From Candidatus Hydrogenedentota bacterium (GTDB taxonomy: Bacteria > Hydrogenedentota > Hydrogenedentia > Hydrogenedentales > SLHB01), in assembly GCA_034408725.1 (NCBI GenBank), contig JAWXCN010000251.1, positions 1 through 24,445 of the forward strand: a stretch of 24,445 nt of DNA, written 5' to 3'. This document shows, one piece after another, positions 1 through 7,808 of the stretch. Each line of letters begins with the position of its first letter. The first letter of the stretch is position 1. Both the position numbers and the translations under genes were made by a program. The notes under the pieces are model-generated. The model made no database searches. It had not been told where the DNA came from and saw only the letters and a program-made list of their open reading frames with translations.

Positions 1-8
1 TCCTTGTT

Positions 9-1166
9 ATGGGTTGCGCCACGTCCGCGCGCGGGGCGGATGGCAATGAACTCATTGGCATTGGCGCGGTGCAAAAAGGCACCGCTGGCGCGGGTGTCGC
101 GGCGCCGCAGGACGCGACCTGGGCACTGTTGAATCCCGCGGGGATCATCGCGCTCGAAAAGCGGCTGGATGTCTCCGTCGAATTCCTGGATTTGTTTCGG
201 GGCGCCGAACCGCACGGTCTGCCGCTCGTGGTGAACCCCACGGCGCGACAGGTAAACGACCATGGCACGATTTTCGTGCCGTCTTTCGGCATGATCTGGC
301 CACTGGAGCACGGTGCCCTTGGCTTCGGCATATTCGGGTGCCAGGGCAATAACCTCGACTATGATCGCTCGCGCACCACCTGGCCGCTTTCGCGCAACAA
401 TGATCGGCGCTCCGAACTCCAGGTCGCACGCCTGCCTATTTCCTACGCATACCAGTTCGACAGCGGCTGGACCCTCGGCGCGTCGATTCTTCCCGTTATC
501 ACCACGTTCCGCACCGATTCGCTTACGTTGAACCTCCGGCCCACGGAGGGAAACTACAAACGCGAGCTCGGATTCGGCATCGGCGTTCAACTTGGCGTGT
601 ACAAGGAATGGGAGCATCTTAACATCGGCGCGGTATGGCGTTCGCGCCAATTCGTCGAGCAGTACGAACATTACACCGATGTCATCAAGTGGAACCTCGA
701 TCTGCCCGAGGTCATTCAGGTTGGTGTTGCATGGAAACCAACCGACCGCTGGAAGGTGCTGTTCGACTACAAATTTCAGCACTGGACCGCGATCAAACAA
801 TTCAGCGAAGAATCCATTCGCGGCGGATTGGGCTGGAACGATCAGCACATTTTCAAAGCGGGACTCATCTATCAGCCAAACGGCAACTGGATTCTGCGCG
901 CCGGTTACTCACGCGGCAATCCACCTGTGGACGAAGCCCACGTATTCGCAAACGCCCTTACCCCCGCCATCGCGGAAGATCATCTCACCTTCGGGTTCTC
1001 GCGCAAACTCACCGAACGGTCGGAAGTTCACTTCGCATGGACGCACACCTTCGACGAAGCCCGGCGAGACGACGGCTCCGGCGACATCTTCTCGGCGATT
1101 GGACGAGGCACCCGCGTTCAGTACGAGGAAGACGCCTACACCTTCCAGTACACGTACCGCTTCTAA
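9..1166 (+). CDS. OmpP1/FadL/TodX-family outer-membrane transporter (5' end probably outside the window)
   Basis: N-terminal hatch motif G..Q.GTAGAGVA..DAT....NPAG; alternating beta-strand pattern; C-terminal YTYRF; the frame is open to the window edge, so the signal peptide appears truncated. Confidence 0.85.
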   Translation: MGCATSARGADGNELIGIGAVQKGTAGAGVAAPQDATWALLNPAGIIALEKRLDVSVEFLDLFRGAEPHGLPLVVNPTARQVNDHGTIFVPSFGMIWPLEHGALGFGIFGCQGNNLDYDRSRTTWPLSRNNDRRSELQVARLPISYAYQFDSGWTLGASILPVITTFRTDSLTLNLRPTEGNYKRELGFGIGVQLGVYKEWEHLNIGAVWRSRQFVEQYEHYTDVIKWNLDLPEVIQVGVAWKPTDRWKVLFDYKFQHWTAIKQFSEESIRGGLGWNDQHIFKAGLIYQPNGNWILRAGYSRGNPPVDEAHVFANALTPAIAEDHLTFGFSRKLTERSEVHFAWTHTFDEARRDDGSGDIFSAIGRGTRVQYEEDAYTFQYTYRF

Positions 1167-1173
1167 CCTTTAC

Positions 1174-1236
1174 GGGAGGGCGCGTGTCCCCACGCGCTCG
1201 CTTCCATAATGGGATGCCGGTGTTCCCACGCGCCGC
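1174..1236. repeat. REP-like palindrome plus a degenerate second copy (may also terminate the FadL gene)
   Basis: Hairpin GCGCGTG-TCCC-CACGCGC at 1180-1197, preceded by GGGAGG; partial direct copy GGTGTTCCCACGCGCC at ~1219-1234. Confidence 0.45.
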
Positions 1237-1249
1237 AACATCCAGCTTT

Positions 1250-1258
1250 TGCTACACT
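1250..1258 (+). promoter_or_regulatory. Putative extended -10 promoter for the sigma54 activator gene
   Basis: TGCTACACT, followed by GAGGAG at 1271-1276 and ATG at 1287. Confidence 0.45.
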
Positions 1259-1286
1259 ATCCAGTTTGGCGAGGAGATCAACGCGC

Positions 1287-2654
1287 ATGTTGAGCGAGGG
1301 AATGCCGACCGTCCTGCTGGTGGACCACGACCCGGAAATCGTGCGGGAGATCATGTCCTACCTCGCAGGTCGTGGCTATGCCGTCGAGCATGTAGACGAT
1401 GGCGAGAAAGCCTACAATCTTTTGGATGATCGGCCTTTCGACGTGCTGATCACTGAACTTAATGCGCACCGCATTAACGGCATGCGACTCATGGCCGTTG
1501 CGAAAGACCGCAACCCGGAAGTCTGCGTGATTCTGATCACGCGGGAGCCGGAAATCGAACATGCCACCGAAGCGATGCGCCAGGGCGCGCTCGATTTTCA
1601 GACGAAACCGTTGAATCTCGGTAAACTCGAAGCCGTGATTCAGCTCGGACTTGGCCGCCAACGTCTGGTATTCGAGCAGCACGAGCTCCGGCGCAGACTT
1701 GATGAGCAATACGGACTCGGCAGTCTCGTCGGCAGGTCGCGCGGCATGGTGAAGGTCTACGAGGCCGTGCGCCAGATCGCGCCGACACGCGCCACCGTGC
1801 TTATCCAGGGCGAAACGGGCACCGGCAAAGACCTCGTCGCGCAAGCAATCCACACCAACAGCCCCCGCCGCGATGCGCCGTTCGTGAAACTGAACTGCGC
1901 GAGCATTCCCGAAGCGCTCGTCGAAAGCGAATTGTTCGGTCACGTTGCGGGAGCGTTTACCGGCGCGATTCAAACGCGCAAAGGGCGCTTTGAACTCGCG
2001 GACAAAGGCACCCTCTTTCTCGATGAAGTGGGGGAGCTTTCGCTCGGGTTGCAGGCAAAACTCTTGCGCGTGCTTGAAAGCCAGCAATTCGAGCGTCTCG
2101 GCGATTCGCGCACCATGACCGTCGATGTGCGTCTTATTGCGGCCACGAACCGCGCGCTCGAAAAAATGGTGGCGGAAGGCGCGTTCCGCGACGATCTGTA
2201 TTATCGGCTGCGCGTTGTGACGATTGGCATGCCCGCATTGCGGCAGCGGCGCGAAGACATTCCGCTGCTTGTCGATCATTTTGTGCGCGAAGCCTGCCGG
2301 GCGAACAATAAGCAGCTCGAAGGCATCACGCGCAACGCAACAGACCTGCTCATGCGCTACGATTGGCCGGGCAACGTGCGCGAGTTGAAAAACATTATCG
2401 ACGGCATCGTGATCATGGCGCGGCCAGGCCGTTTGCTGGATGTGCAGGACATTCCCGAACACCTTCGCCGGACCACCGCGCCCGAAGTCCGCGAGATGCG
2501 CATTCCCACCGGCGCGAGCATGAGCGAAGTCGAGCGCATCGTCATCGAAGAAACGATGAAAATATCCGGGTACAACAAAGAACAATGCGCAAAAACGCTC
2601 GGCATCGGTTTGCGAACGCTGTATCGAAAGCTCAAAGAATATGATATCCGGTAA
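1287..2654 (+). CDS. NtrC/AtoC-family sigma54-dependent activator (receiver, AAA+, Fis-type HTH) with an atypical receiver
   Basis: Walker A GETGTGKD, ESELFGH, GAFTGA, LFLDE, WPGNVREL, C-terminal HTH LGIGLRTLYRKL; start placed at ATG 1287 behind the RBS (ATG 1302 is an alternative). Confidence 0.93.
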   Translation: MLSEGMPTVLLVDHDPEIVREIMSYLAGRGYAVEHVDDGEKAYNLLDDRPFDVLITELNAHRINGMRLMAVAKDRNPEVCVILITREPEIEHATEAMRQGALDFQTKPLNLGKLEAVIQLGLGRQRLVFEQHELRRRLDEQYGLGSLVGRSRGMVKVYEAVRQIAPTRATVLIQGETGTGKDLVAQAIHTNSPRRDAPFVKLNCASIPEALVESELFGHVAGAFTGAIQTRKGRFELADKGTLFLDEVGELSLGLQAKLLRVLESQQFERLGDSRTMTVDVRLIAATNRALEKMVAEGAFRDDLYYRLRVVTIGMPALRQRREDIPLLVDHFVREACRANNKQLEGITRNATDLLMRYDWPGNVRELKNIIDGIVIMARPGRLLDVQDIPEHLRRTTAPEVREMRIPTGASMSEVERIVIEETMKISGYNKEQCAKTLGIGLRTLYRKLKEYDIR

Positions 2655-3609
2655 GTACCAGCGCGCTTTTCGCATCATGGGATACGTCACCATCGCCGCC
2701 GTGTATTTCCTTATTCTTGTCGGCGGCGTTGTGCGCGCGTCCGGATCCGGCATGGGTTGTCCCGATTGGCCGAAGTGTTTTGGCCGATGGGTACCGCCGA
2801 CGGATGTCTCCCAACTGCCGGATAATTATCAGGAAATCTATGCGCATCGCGGTTATGCCGACACCGAATTCAATGCGATCAAAACCTGGATCGAATACAT
2901 CAACCGTCTCGTCGGCGTGATCATTGGCTTCCTGATTTTCGTGACACTATTGCTGTCGCTTTCCTACTGGAAGACCGACAAGCCCATCGTGATCGCGAGT
3001 TTTCTGTCGTTTGTGCTCGTCGGGTTCAACGGATGGCTCGGCGCGGTCGTTGTCGCCAGTAATCTTGTTCCCGTGATCATTACGCTGCACATGATCGCCG
3101 CGCTCCTTGTTGTCGGTACGCTTATTTACGCAGTAGCGCGTACCCGCCGCGGCCCGGAACATTTCGGCGCAATGCGCGCGCACGCCGGTATCCCGTGGAT
3201 GATTGGCGTCGTGCTTAGTCTTTCGCTGATCCAGCTCATACTCGGCACGCAAATCCGTGAACAGGTTGACGAACTTTCGATAGTTCTCGGCGACGCCAAC
3301 CGCGCGCAGTGGGCAAACGAATTCGGCAGATCGTTTTACATTCACCGCACGCTCTCGGTGGCGGTGCTCATTGCGAATGTCGCGCTGGTCATGCTCATCG
3401 CGCGCAACACGGTCTCGAAAGGCGCGCTCCTGCGCGGCGCGTATGCGCTAGTTGCGCTGATCGCCGCCGAAATCATCGCGGGGATTGTGTTGTACTACGG
3501 CGGCATGCCCGCGTCTTTTCAGCCCGTGCATTTGCTGTTGGCGGCGCTGCTGTTTGGCACGCAGTTTTATGTGGCGATTGCGTATCGACTGAGGACACAC
3601 AGGGACTGA
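2641..3609 (+). CDS. ctaA: Heme A synthase, COX15/CtaA family
   Basis: GGVVRASGSGMGCPDWPKC cysteine loop, EYINR, LHM, IHR and VHL motifs, about 8 hydrophobic segments; overlaps the upstream stop codon. Confidence 0.88.
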   Translation: MISGKYQRAFRIMGYVTIAAVYFLILVGGVVRASGSGMGCPDWPKCFGRWVPPTDVSQLPDNYQEIYAHRGYADTEFNAIKTWIEYINRLVGVIIGFLIFVTLLLSLSYWKTDKPIVIASFLSFVLVGFNGWLGAVVVASNLVPVIITLHMIAALLVVGTLIYAVARTRRGPEHFGAMRAHAGIPWMIGVVLSLSLIQLILGTQIREQVDELSIVLGDANRAQWANEFGRSFYIHRTLSVAVLIANVALVMLIARNTVSKGALLRGAYALVALIAAEIIAGIVLYYGGMPASFQPVHLLLAALLFGTQFYVAIAYRLRTHRD

Positions 3610-3645
3610 CATGGACGTTGTGGATGACGTGGACCGTATGGACAG
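3610..3645 (+). repeat. Short 9-nt-period tandem repeat (four units, TGGAC core)
   Basis: catggacgt tgtggatga cgtggaccg tatggacag. Confidence 0.55.
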
Positions 3646-3647
3646 CG

Positions 3648-3656
3648 TGCTATAAT
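3648..3656 (+). promoter_or_regulatory. Extended -10 promoter of thiH
   Basis: Consensus TGCTATAAT ending 10 nt before GTG 3667. Confidence 0.6.
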
Positions 3657-3666
3657 TCACTTCGAG

Positions 3667-4803
3667 GTGCATGAAGTGTCCTTTCTTGATGGACTACATT
3701 TCTGGCCCGCCGAACGGGTCCTTTCACTAATCGACGCCGCGATCCCCGGCGACGTGGACCGCGCGATTGCGCGCGACGAGCGCACACCGGAAGACCTGTG
3801 CGCGCTGTTGTCGCCGCATGCGCTCGCGCTGTTGGAGCCCATGGCCCGCGAATCGCAGCGGCTCACGCGCTGGCACTTTGGCCGGACGATCAGCATGTAC
3901 GTGCCGCTATACTTGTCGAACGTGTGCGGCGCGGACTGTACCTACTGCGGGTACGCGGTGCGTTCTGGCAACAAGGAGAAACGCCTCACGCTCACCGCGG
4001 ACCAAATCCGCGTGGAATGCGAGACGCTTGCGTCGCAAGGGTTCCAAAGCGTCCTGCTGTTGACCGGTGAAGCGCGTCGCGCCGTGCCGCCGTCGTATAT
4101 CGCCGAGGCGATCACCATCGCTCATACTTATTTCCCGTCCGTTGCAGTCGAGGTGTATTCGCTCGACCAACCGGACTACGAAGAATTCGTGCGGCGCGGA
4201 CTCGATGGCGTCACCATCTACATGGAGACTTATGACCGCGCGACGTATGCGCAAGTGCATCTGCTCGGCGAGAAGAGTGACTACAACTACCGCATCAACG
4301 CGATCGAGCGCGCGGGCCGCTCGGGCGTCCGCAGGCTCAGCGTCGGCGCGTTGCTCGGATTGTTCGATTGGCGCGTGGAAGCATTCTGGACGGCGCTGCA
4401 CGCGCGGCACGTTCAGAAGCATTGCTGGCAAAGCTCGGTGTCGGTGTCGTTTCCGCGGCTGCAACACGTCCCCGAACGATTCCATATTCCGTCATTGGTC
4501 AGTGACGCGGAATTGGTGCAACTCATGATCGCCATGCGATTATTCCTTCCCGAAGTTGGATTCAACCTTTCCACGCGCGAAAAGCCAGCGTTTCGCGACA
4601 AGTTGATTCCGCTCGGCGTGACCACCATGAGCGCGGGCTCTTCGACCCGCCCCGGCGGCTACACGCTCTATGGCGAAGAAACGCTGGAGCAATTCGAGAT
4701 CGAAGACCACCGGTCTGTCGACGAAGTCGCCGAGGCCATCCGCCGCGCCGGCTACGATCCTGTCTGGAAAGACTTCGATCACGCTTTCGACACCGCGCGC
4801 TAA
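3667..4803 (+). CDS. thiH: 2-iminoacetate synthase (radical SAM tyrosine lyase)
   Basis: YVPLYLSNVCGADCTYCGY (CxxxCxxC), ETY, GALLGL, SVSFPRL, LSTRE, SAGSSTRPGGY, EQFEIEDHRS and PVWKD. Confidence 0.92.
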   Translation: MHEVSFLDGLHFWPAERVLSLIDAAIPGDVDRAIARDERTPEDLCALLSPHALALLEPMARESQRLTRWHFGRTISMYVPLYLSNVCGADCTYCGYAVRSGNKEKRLTLTADQIRVECETLASQGFQSVLLLTGEARRAVPPSYIAEAITIAHTYFPSVAVEVYSLDQPDYEEFVRRGLDGVTIYMETYDRATYAQVHLLGEKSDYNYRINAIERAGRSGVRRLSVGALLGLFDWRVEAFWTALHARHVQKHCWQSSVSVSFPRLQHVPERFHIPSLVSDAELVQLMIAMRLFLPEVGFNLSTREKPAFRDKLIPLGVTTMSAGSSTRPGGYTLYGEETLEQFEIEDHRSVDEVAEAIRRAGYDPVWKDFDHAFDTAR

Positions 4804-5026
4804 GGCGTAAGCGCCGACCGCCTTCGGCATTCAAATTCCTTTTCTAATCTTGCCGATGTTTGTGGCGAACCTGCGTTCCTTACAGATCTGCCCAACGCGT
4901 TGCAGTTGAGGTATTCGCGATTTAACCCGTAATTGATTGACGGTGCGCGCTTGGCTGGAAATTAATTCAAGGATATTTGATGGAAATTCGGGGAATGCGG
5001 TAGGTGTGTTTATTGATCACTCGCTG

Positions 5027-5704
5027 TTAGCTGCGGGGGGGCGCGGATTTCGTCAAGACGGCCTCGATGTGTTTGGCGATTTCCTGCGCGAGGATTTTCG
5101 AGCCCTCCGGGGTGAAATGGACGTTGTTGGGGAGTTGGATTTCGGCGAGGCGGGGTAGCGCAAAGGAACAGAGATCGTCTATCGCCACCTCGTGGCGTTT
5201 CATGATCTCCAGTGCGGCCGCGTTGTAACGCTCGACGTCCGCTGTTTCGCGAAGGGGACCGGACGGTTTATCCGGGTAGGGCGTGGTCGTCGCGAAAATT
5301 AGTTTTGCGCCCGTCGTTTTCAACCGGACGACAATGGCTTCCATATTTTTTTTGTACTGATCGAGCGGCACCTGGATGTGTCCATTCTCCTTTGTGGAAA
5401 TGTTTTTGCCATTCGCGTCGACGTACTTGAGATCGTGCAGGCCGTGGTTGAAGTGAATCACGTCCCACTTGGTGTCGCCGAGCCATGCGTCGAGTTTCGC
5501 AAGACCATTGCCGGAATGGGTTGCGTTGCCGGGGTTGTGCACGGCGTTTGCTTTGCCCGCGAGCAGTTCTTCCAACGGCTTCATGTAGCCGATGGAGATT
5601 GAATCGCCGATGATCAGGACGTTGGGAAGAGAAGATTTTGAATCGGCGGAATCAGCGTAAAATGCGATACCTGCAGCGACTATTGCGGCCAGTAAATTGT
5701 GCAT
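5027..5704 (-). CDS. Secreted SGNH/GDSL hydrolase
   Basis: GDSIS (block I), FNHGLHD (block III), NVHF (block V); signal-like MHNLLAAIVAAGIAFYA; GGAG RBS before ATG 5704. Confidence 0.88.
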   Translation of the reverse strand: MHNLLAAIVAAGIAFYADSADSKSSLPNVLIIGDSISIGYMKPLEELLAGKANAVHNPGNATHSGNGLAKLDAWLGDTKWDVIHFNHGLHDLKYVDANGKNISTKENGHIQVPLDQYKKNMEAIVVRLKTTGAKLIFATTTPYPDKPSGPLRETADVERYNAAALEIMKRHEVAIDDLCSFALPRLAEIQLPNNVHFTPEGSKILAQEIAKHIEAVLTKSAPPRS

Positions 5705-5811
5705 GGGGTCACTCCGAAGTTTGCGCAAGTTCGCATTGTATACAAATCGCGAAATCTGCGCGAGCGCGATGCCCCGATGCGTTTTAATCTTCATCCGCCC
5801 TTCAAAACGCG

Positions 5812-5820
5812 TGGTATAAT
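5812..5820 (+). promoter_or_regulatory. Extended -10 promoter for the 5878 ORF
   Basis: TGGTATAAT about 57 nt upstream of the ATG. Confidence 0.5.
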
Positions 5821-5877
5821 TGTGACGCGGTGTGTGCATTGTAATGCGGGTCAAATGCGATCAAGGTATCTACTCCC

Positions 5878-6315
5878 ATGAATATGAATAGCAGTTCTGC
5901 CGCCGTGAGCGCGGCGCGAAATACTTTCTCAGGGGTCAACAGCTTCTTACAGGAATGGCAGCTTTTGGGGCGTAACCGATCGAAGTTCGTCGAGCAAATG
6001 GAGCCGTTCCAGTATTGCCCGGCGGACATCACCTACAACAGTTTCAATCCTGACGCGCAACGCTTTGCCGAGGACTTCGCAAACGCGTTGTCGGAATCGG
6101 GGTGGAACATTACGATCGGTCCTTCATCGAAAGCAACGGACGGCATCAAAATCGTCACAAAATCCAGCGCGTTGCATGCCGGCGAAATCAGTGCGGTCGT
6201 GAAATGGCTGCGAAGCGCAGGCCTCGACGCTAAAGTACGCGTCAGACAGGAACTGGAAACCGAGGCGATCCAAATCGTATTCGGATCGATTCCCGAGGCC
6301 ATGCGGAAACTTTAG
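5878..6315 (+). CDS. Hypothetical alpha/beta protein, 145 aa
   Basis: Protein-like composition and an upstream promoter; pattern DAQRFAEDFANALSESGW..GIKI..L..AG..IQIVFG; family not recognised. Confidence 0.6.
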   Translation: MNMNSSSAAVSAARNTFSGVNSFLQEWQLLGRNRSKFVEQMEPFQYCPADITYNSFNPDAQRFAEDFANALSESGWNITIGPSSKATDGIKIVTKSSALHAGEISAVVKWLRSAGLDAKVRVRQELETEAIQIVFGSIPEAMRKL

Positions 6316-6651
6316 GTGATTTTGGATTCTGGATTGGGGGGCGCGGAATAGCATCCGTGTCTGTCCGTTTTATTGACTTGTCGTGGCATTTCACCGCTCA
6401 TACGGAATCCGCCGTTGGTGATGTTCATTGCGCACGAATTGCGCGGCAACGCAAAGCTACGCAATGGGCGCTTCGCGCCAAGCCTGGTCGAGGCGTTGTA
6501 TCCAGAACTCGCGATAAGCTGCTTTACGTATAAACTGATTAAATGTAAAGTACGCTTATAATCCGTCTTAAAAAGCAAAAATAAGTAAATAATAATTGAA
6601 ATAATCATATTTATTGTTGCGTGTTCGACATAAATATGAGATTATGTTTTT

Positions 6652-6923
6652 ATGCGTACCACGTTCGACCTTCCCGATGACCTCCACCGTTTGCTCAAAG
6701 CTCGGGCTGTGTTAAGCGGCGTATCCACATGGCAAATCTGCAGCAGTTTATAGAAGAAGGTTTGCGTGGCATGACCGAGAAACCGTTCCAACAATCCAAT
6801 CGGCGGGAGCCGCCCCCTGTGATTATCCCGCCGCGTGGCGTGCCGATTCCCGCTACTCCGCCAGCGGAACGCCGGCGGTTGGAAGAATCGGAGGACGAGG
6901 CGAAGCATGCCCGATCTTCTTGA
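6652..6923 (+). pseudogene. Frameshifted VapB-like ribbon-helix-helix antitoxin
   Basis: ATG 6652 reads MRTTFDLPDDLHRLLKARAVLSGVS and stops at 6753; the natural continuation MANLQQFIEEGLRG...PPVIIPPRGVPIP...EDEAKHARSS lies in another frame from 6729. Confidence 0.7.
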
Positions 6924-6960
6924 CAGTGAGCGCCCGGTTTCCATGCCGGGCGAGACTTGA
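6907..6960 (+). pseudogene. Truncated start of a VapC/PIN toxin
   Basis: ATG overlapping the antitoxin end reads MPDLLD, resembling PIN beta1 with its first Asp, then runs straight into a REP-like element. Confidence 0.45.
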
Positions 6961-7013
6961 AGCGGTAAAATCCTGCTCATAATCACGCCCGCCATGGAAG
7001 GCGGGGACGCTAC
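6926..7013. repeat. Inverted REP-like doublet
   Basis: GTGAGCGCCCGGTTTCCATGCCGGGCG (+, 6926-6952) and GTAGCGTCCCCGCCTTCCATGGCGGGCG (-, 6986-7013); each has an internal hairpin. Confidence 0.65.
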
Positions 7014-7061
7014 AAATTGAGATATTGGGACGTCTGCGACGGGCGTGTTAGGCGGCGATCC

Positions 7062-7283
7062 TTACGGATAGTAATCGTGGTTCCGGGAGGCGTCGGATGG
7101 AGTGCCCTTAATGAACCCGGCGAACTCCATCAAGTCGGAGTACATGCTATCGTGGGAGTTGGACCCGGACGACTGCGAAGCATCAAGGGAAATCAATTCA
7201 CATTGCACCCTGCTGCCGTCGGGCAGATCGATTGGGTCGTCCAGCACTACAGCACCGTTTTGGATTCGGCCTCGGTATGTCAT
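7062..7283 (-). CDS. Antitoxin-like protein (AF2212/DUF104-like), probably shortened at the C-terminus
   Basis: MTYRGRIQNGAVVLDDPIDLPDGSRV start and a PSDASRNHDYY end typical of small proteins upstream of PIN toxins; reads HDYYP*GSP where HDHYLYG-like sequence is expected. Confidence 0.65.
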   Translation of the reverse strand: MTYRGRIQNGAVVLDDPIDLPDGSRVQCELISLDASQSSGSNSHDSMYSDLMEFAGFIKGTPSDASRNHDYYP

Positions 7284-7435
7284 CGCGTGAATCCTCTAGT
7301 TCTTGCAGCAATATTATACAAGATGGACGTGCAAATGGACTAGACCACCATCGCCGGTGATGGGATACCCCATTTCCCGCACGTTTTCCCGGTTGACGTG
7401 GTAACCGATGCAGCCGGATTTTAGGAATGCCTGAC

Positions 7436-7636
7436 ATGCCAACGCTACAGGAAATCCAGTCACAAGTAACCGCGCTTTCGCAGGAAGATCTGGCTGCGTT
7501 CCGCGCGTGGTTTGACGAATTCGAGGCGGACGCATGGAACCGGCGAATCGAAGCCGATGCCAGGGCCGGTAAACTGGATGGTCCCATCGAACGGGCAAAG
7601 CGCGATGATGCGGCCGGGAAATCGACTCCGCTTTGA
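7436..7636 (+). CDS. Small antitoxin-like protein (addiction-module type, usually paired with a RelE/ParE toxin)
   Basis: MPTLQEIQSQVTALSQEDLAAFRAWFDEFEADAWNRRIEADARAGKLD pattern; AGGA RBS at 7423-7426. Confidence 0.7.
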   Translation: MPTLQEIQSQVTALSQEDLAAFRAWFDEFEADAWNRRIEADARAGKLDGPIERAKRDDAAGKSTPL

Positions 7637-7808
7637 GAAGATTCTGGGTGACCGTGGCTCCTTCTGCGACGATTTGAGTAGTCAGTCCCGGAATTGCACT
7701 CGCGCGCGTCCAATCTGCAGTCCATCCGTGATCCTCAGAACTCACTGTAATCTTGTAAGTGCAGAGAATTAGCATTACAATCCCATCTAGGTAGGGGAGT
7801 CGAATGCT

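Noticed and set aside
1278-2753. 491-aa minus-strand ORF
   Set aside because: Antisense shadow of the sigma54 activator; no motifs
3610-3666. TPP riboswitch before thiH
   Set aside because: The gap is only 57 nt and lacks the CTGAGA core
3667-4803. HydG or NosL instead of ThiH
   Set aside because: 378 aa with no C-terminal CX2CX22C extension, and ThiH-type C-terminal motifs are present
4804-5026. ncRNA or terminator in the thiH-SGNH convergent gap
   Set aside because: Only a short weak hairpin (GCCGA...TCGGC); not enough support
6312-6608. 98-aa and 62-aa ORFs in the AT-rich gap
   Set aside because: No RBS or family resemblance; probably non-coding or decayed
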